This document shows, piece after piece, positions 9,566 through 19,319 of a stretch of DNA of 64,000 bases. The stretch is from Acidimicrobiia bacterium. Lineage in GTDB: Bacteria; Actinomycetota; Acidimicrobiia; Spongiisociales; ZC4RG35. The notes below the pieces were generated by a model. That model was not told where the DNA came from, did not search any database, and worked only from the letters and a program-made list of their open reading frames with translations. The position numbers and the translations under genes were made by a program. Position 1 is the stretch's first letter, and each line of letters opens with the position of its first letter. The stretch is from contig CBDBCY010000004.1 in assembly GCA_965203555.1 (NCBI GenBank), positions 2,272,001-2,336,000 on the forward strand. The letters are read 5' to 3'.

Positions 9566-10543
9566 TTGATCGGCGCCGCGGTGAATGACTGTGCCCCCGG
9601 GGAGGTCCGCATCGAAATTCCTGCCGAGGCGCCCGCCGAGGTGCTCGCTTTCAATAACGCCTTGGGCCTGGCCTTCGCGCATCTTCCCAAGATCTATGAG
9701 GTGGGCCCGGCGGTTGCCCGACAGGCCCGAGAGGAGGGAAAGTCTGTGTTCGGCGCCTTGGTCTATTCGGAACGGGCTTGCGAAAAGACAGTGGAGGGGC
9801 CGTCGGGTCCGGTCCGTTTCCGGGTGATACCACCTGCCGGCGAATCCCGGGGGGTCTTTCTGCACATTCACGGCGGCGGATGGGTATTGGGCGGCGCCCA
9901 TCACCACGACCCGATGCTGGAGAGACTGGCCGACGCGACCGGTCTGACGGTGGTCTCCACCTATTACCGGTTGGCGCCCGAGAACCCCTATCCGGCCGGA
10001 CCGGACGACTGCGAGGCGGCCGCGTTATGGCTGTACAACAATTCTCTCCGGGCCTTTGGCGCAGAGTTGGTGGCCATCGGGGGCGAGTCGGCGGGGGCTC
10101 ATCTTGCCGCAGTCACCTGTCTTCGCCTCCGGGACCGTCACGGGCTCCAGCCCTTCCAAGCCGCCCTCCTGGCCTACGGCGCATACGACCTGCGGGGCAC
10201 GCCCTCGGTGCGAGAAGCGGGGGAGGAGACACTGATCCTCACCACCGGCGTAATCCGGTGGTTCACCGAGCAGTTCGCCGGGCGACAGGACCTGTCCGGC
10301 CCCGACATCTCCCCGATTTTCGCCGATCTGGCGGGACTGCCCCCTGCCTTATTCACCGTGGGGACCGTCGATCCGCTGTTCGATGACTCGCTTTTCATGT
10401 TCAGCCGGTGGCGTAAGGCCGGAAACGGGGCGGAACTGGCTATCTGGCCAGAGGGAATCCATGCTTTTGACTACTTCGACACCGAGTACGGCCGGGCGGC
10501 CCGAGATTGGATGCACACCTTCTTGAACCGAATTCTTGGCTGA
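9566..10543 (+). CDS. Alpha/beta hydrolase, HSL-type esterase
   Basis: HGGGW oxyanion motif, YRLAPENPYPA, GESAG nucleophile, DPL and HAF triad residues. Confidence 0.9.
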   Translation: MIGAAVNDCAPGEVRIEIPAEAPAEVLAFNNALGLAFAHLPKIYEVGPAVARQAREEGKSVFGALVYSERACEKTVEGPSGPVRFRVIPPAGESRGVFLHIHGGGWVLGGAHHHDPMLERLADATGLTVVSTYYRLAPENPYPAGPDDCEAAALWLYNNSLRAFGAELVAIGGESAGAHLAAVTCLRLRDRHGLQPFQAALLAYGAYDLRGTPSVREAGEETLILTTGVIRWFTEQFAGRQDLSGPDISPIFADLAGLPPALFTVGTVDPLFDDSLFMFSRWRKAGNGAELAIWPEGIHAFDYFDTEYGRAARDWMHTFLNRILG

Positions 10544-10589
10544 AATCGCCTTTAATATCGGGAGGACGTAGCAAACAGAGGAGAACGGA

Positions 10590-11642
10590 ATGGATCTCTT
10601 GAGTGGAGTAAGGGCACAGACGGTCAGCACCGATCGTCTCGAGACTTTCGTGTACGAGTCCGGCCCCGAAGATGGAATCCCGGTGGTGATGATTCACGGC
10701 AACCTTTCCACTGGACGTTTCTTTGAACACCTTTGGTCCGGTGCGCCCGAGCGCTACCGGTTCATTGCCCCCGATATGCGGTCGTTCGGGCGTTCGGAAC
10801 CGAAACCCATCGAAGCAACTCGGGGCTTGAGGGACTGGGCGGACGACACCCACGCACTGGTGCAAGCGCTGGGGATCCAGCGGCCTGTCCATCTGGTGGG
10901 CTGGTCGACCGGCGGCTCGGCGATCGCCGCTTACGCAAGGGATCGGCAAGTTGCCTCTCTGACGATGATCGATCCGGTGTCTCCCTATGGGTTCGGCGCC
11001 TGCCAACGGGACGGGACTCCCTGCTATACCGACTGGGCAGGTTCGGGGGGAGGAACCGGCAATCCGGATTTCACCGCTCGCCTGGCGGCGGGAGACCGAT
11101 CGACCGAGGACATGGTCTCGCCCCGCAACGTTATGAATTCCTCCTACTGGGCGCCCACTCATCGCGAGCCTCCCGAAAGGGAAGAGGTGTTGTTGGACGA
11201 GGTCTTGCTATCGGTCACCGGCGATGACGGGTATCCCGGCGACTTCACTCCGTCGGGAAACTGGCCGGGGGTGGCGCCCGGCAGGCGGGGCATTCTGAAC
11301 GCGCTGTCCGGCAAGTACAGCGATTGGTCGGACATCGTCGACGTCGACCCCAAGCCTCCGGTGCTTTGGACTCATGGCTCTGCCGACATTGTGGTCGCCG
11401 ATGGTTCGGCCTGGGAGATGGGGACTCTCGGGCAGGCGGGATTCGTTCCCGGCTGGCCGGGTGCGGAGGCGTTTCCTCCCCAGTTGATGGTGTCCCAGAT
11501 ACGCGATGTCTTGGAGCAGTACCAAGCGGCAGGTGGCCGGGTGGTTATGGAGATGTTCGAAGGATCAGGTCATGGCCCGCAATTCGACGCGGCTCAGGCC
11601 TGGTCGGAAGCCTTCTTCGATTTTCTGGCGTCGGTAGAGTAG
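10590..11642 (+). CDS. Alpha/beta fold hydrolase
   Basis: IHGN, APDMRSFGRS, GWSTG nucleophile elbow, GSGHGP. Confidence 0.88.
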   Translation: MDLLSGVRAQTVSTDRLETFVYESGPEDGIPVVMIHGNLSTGRFFEHLWSGAPERYRFIAPDMRSFGRSEPKPIEATRGLRDWADDTHALVQALGIQRPVHLVGWSTGGSAIAAYARDRQVASLTMIDPVSPYGFGACQRDGTPCYTDWAGSGGGTGNPDFTARLAAGDRSTEDMVSPRNVMNSSYWAPTHREPPEREEVLLDEVLLSVTGDDGYPGDFTPSGNWPGVAPGRRGILNALSGKYSDWSDIVDVDPKPPVLWTHGSADIVVADGSAWEMGTLGQAGFVPGWPGAEAFPPQLMVSQIRDVLEQYQAAGGRVVMEMFEGSGHGPQFDAAQAWSEAFFDFLASVE

Positions 11643-11659
11643 CAGTCCGGCTTCCCGCG

Positions 11660-11986
11660 CTACTCGGTGCCGCGGAAATTGCTTTCGTCTATCTGACCGC
11701 TCACAATCCAGATGACCCTCTTTGTGATGGCCGGGTCCACCTCCTTGCGATGTTTGGCCAACTGCTTTGAGAATCGGTGCTCATCCACGGCGGCCTCGTC
11801 GGCGTAGAGCTCGAACAGGGCGTAACGATTGGGGTTGCGGGCATCTACGAACACGTCGAAGACCAGGCAGCCCTCCTCGCCGTTCAGAGTGGCTTCGGAG
11901 TGATTCAGCATGTTGCCATGAAACTTGTCCCGCTGGGCGGGATCGATGTCCAATTCGACGTAGTAACCAATTTCTTTCATAGTCAT
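11660..11986 (-). CDS. ABM/LsrG-like small dimeric alpha-beta barrel protein (putative quinol monooxygenase family)
   Basis: EEGCLVFDV, YALFELYADEAAVDEH pattern. Confidence 0.8.
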   Translation of the reverse strand: MTMKEIGYYVELDIDPAQRDKFHGNMLNHSEATLNGEEGCLVFDVFVDARNPNRYALFELYADEAAVDEHRFSKQLAKHRKEVDPAITKRVIWIVSGQIDESNFRGTE

Positions 11987-12072
11987 TCCCTTCTCATGTT
12001 GCCGGCTTCACGTCCGCTTGCCGACCGCCCGGGATTCCAGAAGCCGATCAACACATCGAGTACCTGGCGTGA

Positions 12073-12873
12073 TCAGAGTTTGTCAGATGAGAAGTCGAAT
12101 TCGTCCATGTTCGGGCCATGGCCGAGCATCGCCCAGCCTCCATCCACATAGATGATCTGGCCGGTGATCATCTCAGCGGCGTCGCTGGTAAGGAAAGTCA
12201 CCACTCCCACATAATCGTCGGGCGTCATCACCCGACCGAGCGGCGTCACCCTGGACCAGTCGTCAGCGTAGCCTTCGCTGTACCGGAGGTTGCGGGCGGT
12301 GAGAGTGGCGCCCGGCGCTACTGCGTTCACCCTGACACCGGGGGCCAGATCCAGGGCCAACTGCCTGGTCATGGATTCCAGGCCACCCTTGGCCATGGTG
12401 TACGCGCCGTGGAAAGGCATGATCGCCTCCACCGCGATGCTTGAGATGTTGACTATCGATCCCCCTTCACTGTCGTTCATGATCTCCGAAGCCTTCAGAG
12501 ACAGGAAGAAGGGACCCTTCAGCACCGTATTGACCACGTCGTCAAAGTCCACCTCGGTAGTTTCGTGAATGGGTCCGAAGCGGGTGCGCGCCGCGTTGTT
12601 CACCAGGATGTCAAGTCTTCCGAAGCGCTCCGCCACCTCATCCACCGCGGCCAAACACCGGTTGAGGTCGGCGAGTTCCAGTTGTACCGGGCAGGCGTCG
12701 CCGCCTGCATCGGTTATGGCTGCGACGGTCTGCTCGGCCCCGTCGGCGTCGGTGTGGTACCCGATGGCCACCGAGGCGCCATGCCGGGCCAGTCCTATGG
12801 CGATCCCCTCTCCAATTCCCTTGCTCGCTCCGGTTACGAAGGCTGTCTTTCCTGCATGGCTGGGGGTACCCAT
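12073..12873 (-). CDS. Short-chain dehydrogenase/reductase
   Basis: TGASKGIG, NNA, YTMAK catalytic motif, VNAVAPG. Confidence 0.92.
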   Translation of the reverse strand: MGTPSHAGKTAFVTGASKGIGEGIAIGLARHGASVAIGYHTDADGAEQTVAAITDAGGDACPVQLELADLNRCLAAVDEVAERFGRLDILVNNAARTRFGPIHETTEVDFDDVVNTVLKGPFFLSLKASEIMNDSEGGSIVNISSIAVEAIMPFHGAYTMAKGGLESMTRQLALDLAPGVRVNAVAPGATLTARNLRYSEGYADDWSRVTPLGRVMTPDDYVGVVTFLTSDAAEMITGQIIYVDGGWAMLGHGPNMDEFDFSSDKL

Positions 12874-12908
12874 GAAGAGATTATATTACCGGACAACCAG
12901 CGGACCGG

Positions 12909-13616
12909 TCAGGCTCGGATGGACTCCAAATAAACCAGGGAAGTTGCCAGGTGTTCTTCCATGGCGGCTCGGGCGCCCTCCACATCACGGTTGGTAACGG
13001 TCTTCATGATGCGTTCATGTTCGGGGAGGCTCCGCATGATGCGATGGTCGGGCCGGGCCAGAGGTCGCATGGCAGTTTGAAGCGCCTTCTGCAAAGGTTC
13101 CAGCATCTTGCCGAGCACCACGTTTCCGGTTGCCTTGAATATGGCCGAATGGAAGCTCGCGTCGGTTTTGAGATAGTTCCTCTCATCCAGTGGATTGACC
13201 ACGGCGGACTTGGCGGCGATCTCCAAGTTTTCGAAGGCATCCTTGATAACTTGGAGTTCCTCGTCCGACGCCCGCTGGGCGGCCAGCGCCACTGCTTCCA
13301 CTTCCAAAATCCGGCGGGCTTCCAAGAAATCTCCCAGAACCCGGTTGCTGCGGGCGGTGGCCAGGGTGATATCAAGGACATCGGCGTCAAGGATGTCCCA
13401 TTGCTCGGACGGTTGGACAACCGCTCCCACCCCGTGCGTGACTTTGACCAAGCCCCGCTCCTCGAGAGCCCGCACCGACTCCCGGATGGTGCCCCTGCTG
13501 GCCCCGAAGCGCTCCGTCAGATCATTCTCCTTGGGAAGCCGCTCTCCTTCGGAGTATCGACCCGAAATGATATCTCCCATCAGGACGCGCATCGCATCCC
13601 TGCTCAGCCTCGACAT
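12909..13616 (-). CDS. GntR/FadR family transcriptional regulator
   Basis: wHTH LPKENDLTERFGASRGTIRE; FCD domain DASFH...EHERI. Confidence 0.92.
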   Translation of the reverse strand: MSRLSRDAMRVLMGDIISGRYSEGERLPKENDLTERFGASRGTIRESVRALEERGLVKVTHGVGAVVQPSEQWDILDADVLDITLATARSNRVLGDFLEARRILEVEAVALAAQRASDEELQVIKDAFENLEIAAKSAVVNPLDERNYLKTDASFHSAIFKATGNVVLGKMLEPLQKALQTAMRPLARPDHRIMRSLPEHERIMKTVTNRDVEGARAAMEEHLATSLVYLESIRA

Positions 13617-13691
13617 GAGGTTCCTTTCTCTGCTGACACCTGGCCCGAACCGGATATTAGACGGATGAAAAGGTTTTCCAGCCGCCGGTAT

Positions 13692-15593
13692 TCACGCTCC
13701 TGCGTAGTAAAACCTCTGGGACTCGCGACCCTTGAGGTGCAATTCGGCAATCTGGCGCATCTCGGCCTTTTCGGACTCTTCGGCAATACCCACATCCCAC
13801 CAGGCCCCCCCGCCGGGCAGCATCCGGTAGGGCTCCACGGGGCAAACGATCACCACGGGGAGTGCGGTCCGGCGAGCTTCGGCAAGGGCATCTTCGAGGT
13901 CATCGACATCGGGAGCATGGAATACCCGGCAGCCAAGACTCTGAGCGTTGAGAACGAAGTCGACGGGAAGGACGCTGCCGGTGAGACGTTGCGTGTCGTC
14001 CTCCCGATACCGCAGTTCAGTGCCGAACAGAACGCCGGTCGTGCCCTCCTGAAGGGCTCTGATGGATTGGTACCCGTCGTTGGTGACCAGGATCACCGTA
14101 ACTTTGATTCCTTCTTGAACAGCCGAGACTATCTCTGGATTGGACAACAGCCACCCTCCCTCACCCTGGATAACGTATACCTCGGTGTCCCCCGGTCGAG
14201 CCATCTTGTATCCCATGGCCCCGGGCACCTCGTGGCCCATGCAGGAATAGCCGAACTCGAGATGCACCTCGGTCCCGTTCGAGTGATCCCACATCTTGTG
14301 CACGTCGGCCGGTGGGGATCCCGCCGCCGCCACCATCACATCCCCCGGTTGGGCCTGGCCGTTCACGGTCCGTAACACTTCACCCTGGCTCATGATCTGT
14401 CCCGGTGGACGTTCCAAGTGGTGGTCCATCAGGTCGGCCCAGACTCGGCCCTCGGCTGTGGTCTGGGTTCGGTACTCGTCGCTCGCTGTCCAGCCGGCTT
14501 GTTCCAGAATCTCGCCGAGCCTCTCCACCGACAGTTTGGCGTCGGCCACAATCGGTGCACCGCCCAGTTTGTAGGCGTCGCGGCCGGCGACATTTATACC
14601 GACAAACCGCACTCCGCGGTTTTGGAAGAGAGAGTTGGAAGCGGTGGTGAAGTCCTGCAGCCTGGTTCCTACGCAGATCACCAGGTCGGCGCGCGACGCC
14701 ATGGCATTGGCGCCACCAGTGCCCGTGACTCCCACCGCGCCCAAGTGATACGGTCCCGCCGGAACAGACGCCTTTCCGGCAAAGGTCTCACCCACCGGCA
14801 CCCCGAAACGCTCAGAGAACTCCGCTACCGTGGCGCCCGCCCGCGAGTAGCGAATCCCGCCACCGGCGATCAGGAACGGTCGTTCGGAAGCCCGGATCAA
14901 CTCGGCAGCCCGGGCGATCTGCTCTTCGGCCGGGGGCCTGCGAGGTATGTGCCACACCCGTGGTTCGAAAAAGCGTACCGGAAAGTCCCACGCTTCTCCT
15001 TCTGTGTCCTGGTGGAAAGAGATCGTCACTGCTCCCGTATCGGCTTGATCGGTCAACACTCGGCAGGCCTCGGGAAGCGCGGTGAGAAGATGCTCGGGAT
15101 AGCTGACCCGATCAAAGAACCGTGATACCGGCCGGAAGGAGTCGTTCACCGTGATATCCCCGCCCATCAGGTCCTCGATCTGCTGGAGCACTGGCCCTTG
15201 GCGCCGCCGAACGAAAGTGTCGGCCGGCAACAGCAGCACCGGTAACCGGTTGGAGGTGGCAGTGGCCGCACCCGTGACCATGTTGGTGGCGCCGGGACCG
15301 ATGGAGGCGGCACAGGCGAAGGTAGAAAGACGGTCTTTCGCCTTGGCGTAGCCCATGGCCTGATGCACCGCCGACTGCTCGTTCTTGGCCTGATAGAACG
15401 CGAGGTCGTGACCGTACTCCTCGAGCGCCTGCCCCAGTCCCACCACGTTGCCGTGTCCGAAGAGCCCGAATATCCCCCGGAACAGGCGCTCCCGCTCACC
15501 GTCGAATTCTGTCCATTGGGCCTGAAGGAATTTCACGATGGCTTGGGCAGTGGTAAGCCGGATCGTCCTGTCCATATCTTTGCCGTTCATCAT
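13692..15593 (-). CDS. iolD: 3D-(3,5/4)-trihydroxycyclohexane-1,2-dione acylhydrolase (TPP-dependent)
   Basis: TIRLTTAQAIVKFL, FGHGNVVGLGQAL, SIGPGATNMVTGAATA, PVLQQIE, EFGYSCMGHE. Confidence 0.9.
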   Translation of the reverse strand: MMNGKDMDRTIRLTTAQAIVKFLQAQWTEFDGERERLFRGIFGLFGHGNVVGLGQALEEYGHDLAFYQAKNEQSAVHQAMGYAKAKDRLSTFACAASIGPGATNMVTGAATATSNRLPVLLLPADTFVRRRQGPVLQQIEDLMGGDITVNDSFRPVSRFFDRVSYPEHLLTALPEACRVLTDQADTGAVTISFHQDTEGEAWDFPVRFFEPRVWHIPRRPPAEEQIARAAELIRASERPFLIAGGGIRYSRAGATVAEFSERFGVPVGETFAGKASVPAGPYHLGAVGVTGTGGANAMASRADLVICVGTRLQDFTTASNSLFQNRGVRFVGINVAGRDAYKLGGAPIVADAKLSVERLGEILEQAGWTASDEYRTQTTAEGRVWADLMDHHLERPPGQIMSQGEVLRTVNGQAQPGDVMVAAAGSPPADVHKMWDHSNGTEVHLEFGYSCMGHEVPGAMGYKMARPGDTEVYVIQGEGGWLLSNPEIVSAVQEGIKVTVILVTNDGYQSIRALQEGTTGVLFGTELRYREDDTQRLTGSVLPVDFVLNAQSLGCRVFHAPDVDDLEDALAEARRTALPVVIVCPVEPYRMLPGGGAWWDVGIAEESEKAEMRQIAELHLKGRESQRFYYAGA

Positions 15594-15629
15594 CTTCCTG
15601 TTTCCTTTCTCCTCCGGATCTCATTTTTC

Positions 15630-17060
15630 CTAACCGGGATGGATCACCACCGTCTTGGACTCGGTCATCTCTTCAATGGCGTACTTGGGCCCCTCCTTGC
15701 CGATCCCGCTTCCCTTCAGCCCACCGTATGGCATAGGGTCTACCCGCCACAGCGGGCCCCAGTTAATGTGCACGTTTCCTGCGTCCACCTCCCGGGCGAA
15801 ACGGACGGCGGCGCCGATATCGCGGGTGAACACTCCTGCCCCCAATCCGTAGGAGGTCTGGTTGCACAGGGCTATAGCCTCATCGATACTGTCGACCGGA
15901 ACAACGCCCACGGCCGGACCGAACAGTTCCTCGGAAAAGAGAGTCGTGTCCCGCGGAACATCCGCCACCACGGTGGCTTGGTGCAATGCGCCGTTCACTT
16001 CCCCGCCCACCACTACTCTGGCGCCCTTGGATTCGGCGTCGGCTATAACTCTGCGTACCCGATCGGCCTCTCCGGAACTTATCATCGGACCCATGTCGGT
16101 GCTCTCGTCGATTGGATCACCGGGCTGAATCGCTGAGAATTGATCCCCCAGGGCATCCAGAAAGTCCTGATAGGAACGACGCTCCACCAGCACCCGCTGG
16201 GCAGAGATACACACCTGTCCGGCGTTGACCGTACCGGCTTTGGCCGTTGCCGAGGCAGCCAGGTCCAGATCAGCGTCAGGGAGGACCACCACGGGACAAT
16301 TGGCGCCCAATTCGAGCAGGAGCCTCTTCACCCCTGCGACTTCGGTAATGCTCTTACCCACCGCCGCGCTGCCGGTAAAACTGACCACCCTGACCCGATC
16401 GTCGGTGGATAGCCGGGCGCCCACCTCCCCGCCGGGTCCGGTGATGCACTGAACGGCGCCTTCGGGAAAGCCGATGTCCAGCAGAAGGCTCATGAAGGCA
16501 AGAGCGCTGAGGGGCGTGTAGGAGGCCGGCTTCACAATCACCGGGTTTCCTGCTGCCAGTGCAGGCCCTACCTTGTGGGCGACCAGCAGGAGGGGATAGT
16601 TGAAGGGAGTGATGGCGGCCACCACCCCGGCGGGCTGGCGAAGCGTGAAACCCAAGCGTCCTTCACCTCCCGGGCTGCCGTCGAGTGGGAGCACCTCACC
16701 CTCGATACGGCGAGCTTCACCTGCGCAATAGCGGAGCAAGGCGCCTAATCGCCCGGCTTCTCCACGCGCCTCGGTGACAGTCTTTCCCTGCTCGGCGACC
16801 ACCAGCCCGGCCAGATACTCGGTGGCTTCGTCGCATTTGAGAGCGGCTCTTTCCAGCAGGTCGGCCCGTTGGTGGGCGCTGAGTGCTCTCATCGGTTTGG
16901 CGGCCGCAGCCGCCGCCGTCAAAGTGGCTTCGATATCCTGCTCTGTGACCGAGGAGATCTCTGCGACCACCTCTCTGTTATAGGGATTCAAGACGCCCAT
17001 CGGGGTGCCTCGCGGCGCTTGGCCGGCGGAGAGCCGGGGATCCTGCAGAGTTTCAATCAT
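15630..17060 (-). CDS. Aldehyde dehydrogenase family protein
   Basis: ITPFNYP, SFTGS, LELGAN, AGQVCIS (catalytic Cys), EELFGP. Confidence 0.92.
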   Translation of the reverse strand: MIETLQDPRLSAGQAPRGTPMGVLNPYNREVVAEISSVTEQDIEATLTAAAAAAKPMRALSAHQRADLLERAALKCDEATEYLAGLVVAEQGKTVTEARGEAGRLGALLRYCAGEARRIEGEVLPLDGSPGGEGRLGFTLRQPAGVVAAITPFNYPLLLVAHKVGPALAAGNPVIVKPASYTPLSALAFMSLLLDIGFPEGAVQCITGPGGEVGARLSTDDRVRVVSFTGSAAVGKSITEVAGVKRLLLELGANCPVVVLPDADLDLAASATAKAGTVNAGQVCISAQRVLVERRSYQDFLDALGDQFSAIQPGDPIDESTDMGPMISSGEADRVRRVIADAESKGARVVVGGEVNGALHQATVVADVPRDTTLFSEELFGPAVGVVPVDSIDEAIALCNQTSYGLGAGVFTRDIGAAVRFAREVDAGNVHINWGPLWRVDPMPYGGLKGSGIGKEGPKYAIEEMTESKTVVIHPG

Positions 17061-17088
17061 ATTTGAAGCCTAGGGGTGCCCATCAGGC

Positions 17089-17979
17089 TTACAGCCCAAG
17101 GGCCCGCAAGTATTCGAAGGTCCGCCAGGCGGCAGGAAAGGGTTTGTCCGGTGGTGCGGGATACATGTCTTGTTCCACGGTGGCATGACCTTCGAAACCG
17201 GCGTCTTTCAAGGCTTTGGCCATCTCCGCAAAGTCGATCACCCCGTACACCGGCTCGCAGAACACGCCCATCTCGACTGCCTTGGCAAAGGTGATTCCCT
17301 CTCGGCGGACCCGTTGCAGAATCTCCCCATCCACGTTCTTGAGATGGAAGTATTCGGTGCGGTCGGCGTGTTTCTTATAGAACCCGACCGCGTCTCCCCC
17401 TAGATAGGCATGATGGCCGGTGTCCAGACACAGGGCGATCAGTCCCGGGTCGGTGTCAGCCAGGAATCGCTCGATCTGGTCCTCGGTTTCTACGTGGGTC
17501 TCTGCGTGAGGGTGGAACACGGCTCTGAGCCCGTGGTCTGCCGCGATCCCGGCAATTCGATGGGTGGTGTCAATCAGGGCTCGCCATTGGTCGTCGGTCA
17601 GCGTGTCGCTTCGTAATATCTCTCCGGTGAACAGGTCCGAGTAGGTACCGGCGATTACGATCAGGTACCCTGCCCCGACCGAGACCAGGGATTCGCAGGC
17701 GCCGGTGGTCTCCGCTTCCAGTGCGGGCCAATGATCCGGATCGTCCAGGAATCCCATGGTGAAGGTGCCAGAGACCCTCAAGCCGCGGCCAGCCAACTCT
17801 TTTCGCAGAATCTCGGTATCGGTTGGAAGGTATCCGTAAGGGCCAAGTTCAATCCATTCGTATCCCACTGCACTGATCTCATCAAGGCACCGCTCCCACG
17901 GCATCTGGCGCGGGTCGTCGGGAAACCAGATACCCCAAGAGTTGGGTGCGGTTCCAAGTTTTAGTCTTGAGTCGCCCAT
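17089..17979 (-). CDS. iolE: 2-keto-myo-inositol (inosose) dehydratase-like TIM-barrel protein
   Basis: GTAPNSWG, ELGPYGYLP, FHPHAET, LCLDTGH, HLKN, VEQD; two genes from iolD. Confidence 0.75.
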   Translation of the reverse strand: MGDSRLKLGTAPNSWGIWFPDDPRQMPWERCLDEISAVGYEWIELGPYGYLPTDTEILRKELAGRGLRVSGTFTMGFLDDPDHWPALEAETTGACESLVSVGAGYLIVIAGTYSDLFTGEILRSDTLTDDQWRALIDTTHRIAGIAADHGLRAVFHPHAETHVETEDQIERFLADTDPGLIALCLDTGHHAYLGGDAVGFYKKHADRTEYFHLKNVDGEILQRVRREGITFAKAVEMGVFCEPVYGVIDFAEMAKALKDAGFEGHATVEQDMYPAPPDKPFPAAWRTFEYLRALGL

Positions 17980-17982
17980 CGT

Positions 17983-18933
17983 TCACCTCCTTGGTGCTAC
18001 AGGGGTTTGGAGGAATTCAAGCAAGTTGTCTATGCATTGGTTCAGCATCAACCGGATGGATTTTCTGCTGAGCCCGGCAATGTGCGGAGACACGACGGTG
18101 TTGGGTAGCTGGAGCAGGGGGGAATCCTGTGGCGGTTCCTTCACGAAGACATCCAATCCGGCGCCGGCTACTCGCCCGGACCGGATCGCTTCGGCCAGGG
18201 CTTCCTCATCCACGATGGGTCCCCGAGCGGTGTTGATGAGAATCAATCCGGGTCGGGCTATCGCCAGCTGGCGGTTGCCGATCATGTTGCGGGTGGCCGG
18301 GGTCAAAGGACAGTGGATTGTGATGATCTCGCTCCACTTCATCAACTCCTCAAGGGTGACGAGCGGATAGGGAGAGGCATTGGTGATCTGGGGATCGCAC
18401 ACTCGGATGTCCACTTCAAAGCCCGCCAAGCGCCGGGCAACCGTTTTCCCGATTCGACCGTACCCGATCAGCCCGACACGAGCCCCGGTCAGTTCTCCGC
18501 CGGCAAGTCGGCCTGCCCTGTCCCACAAGCCCCTGCGCACCGCCGCATCGTTGTCCACCAGGCGCCGTACCACCGTCAGAATCAATGCCATTGTATGGTC
18601 GGCGCAGGAGTTGTGATTGGCGCCGGGCGTAGTGACGATTTTTACCCCTGCCTCCCCGGCGGCCTCGGTGTCGATGTTGTCCAAACCCACGCCGGTTCTC
18701 GCTACCACCCTCAGCATCGGAGAAGCGGCGAACACTTCTGCGGTGAACGGGTCGCCGCTGACAATGGCCCCCACGGACCCCGCCAACAGGTTGATCAGGT
18801 CGTCAGGACTCCGCCTTCCGTCGTAAGGGGCGTACCGGACGCGGTATCCGGCCGATTCAATCCGCCCAGCCATGGACGGATCGTCGGGGCGGAAACCGGG
18901 CGAGGTGATGAGGATGACCGGTCGGGCAGTCAC
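17983..18933 (-). CDS. D-isomer-specific 2-hydroxyacid dehydrogenase (phosphoglycerate dehydrogenase-like)
   Basis: RTGVGLDNID, GYGRIG, INTARG, LDVFVKEP, SPHIAG. Start placed at GTG 18933 (GTGA overlap with the upstream stop) rather than 19170. Confidence 0.87.
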   Translation of the reverse strand: MTARPVILITSPGFRPDDPSMAGRIESAGYRVRYAPYDGRRSPDDLINLLAGSVGAIVSGDPFTAEVFAASPMLRVVARTGVGLDNIDTEAAGEAGVKIVTTPGANHNSCADHTMALILTVVRRLVDNDAAVRRGLWDRAGRLAGGELTGARVGLIGYGRIGKTVARRLAGFEVDIRVCDPQITNASPYPLVTLEELMKWSEIITIHCPLTPATRNMIGNRQLAIARPGLILINTARGPIVDEEALAEAIRSGRVAGAGLDVFVKEPPQDSPLLQLPNTVVSPHIAGLSRKSIRLMLNQCIDNLLEFLQTPVAPRR

Positions 18934-19184
18934 GATGGGCCTGGGCGGTGGCGGTCGTCGGTAAGTTCCGCGTCGAAAACCCCGATGCCCCACAGGATCA
19001 TTCCTGGGCCCGAGAGGATGAGAATGAAAGGAATTATCAGCCTCTTGAATGAAAACGCACTGCCGGGTTCCTGCGAAGGTTCCCGGTTGAGATCGGTTTT
19101 GCCAGGCCGGGAGACGATGGTGTACAGCAGCAAGCCGATACCGGTCCCCAGCCATATCAGGCCGATCCATCCACCGCTGTCCAT
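18930..19184 (-). CDS. Small two-TM membrane protein, unknown function
   Basis: 84 aa with two hydrophobic segments; GGAG Shine-Dalgarno upstream; stop overlaps the next start. Confidence 0.6.
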   Translation of the reverse strand: MDSGGWIGLIWLGTGIGLLLYTIVSRPGKTDLNREPSQEPGSAFSFKRLIIPFILILSGPGMILWGIGVFDAELTDDRHRPGPS

Positions 19185-19319
19185 TTTGATCTCCTACTAA
19201 CGGATGTCTAATGATAGGATGTCCTTTCCTATACTCGCCCTTGATGATGTCAGTAGTCGCCGGGGGTATTGACGGAGAGGTTGGGGACTCTTCCTCCCTG
19301 CTGAGCGAGAGGAGTTGGT

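Noticed and set aside
12951-14375. Long antisense ORFs (474 aa here; also 51587-53248, 48566-49741, 43876-44931)
   Set aside because: Shadow ORFs opposite well-supported genes, expected in high-GC DNA; no motifs.
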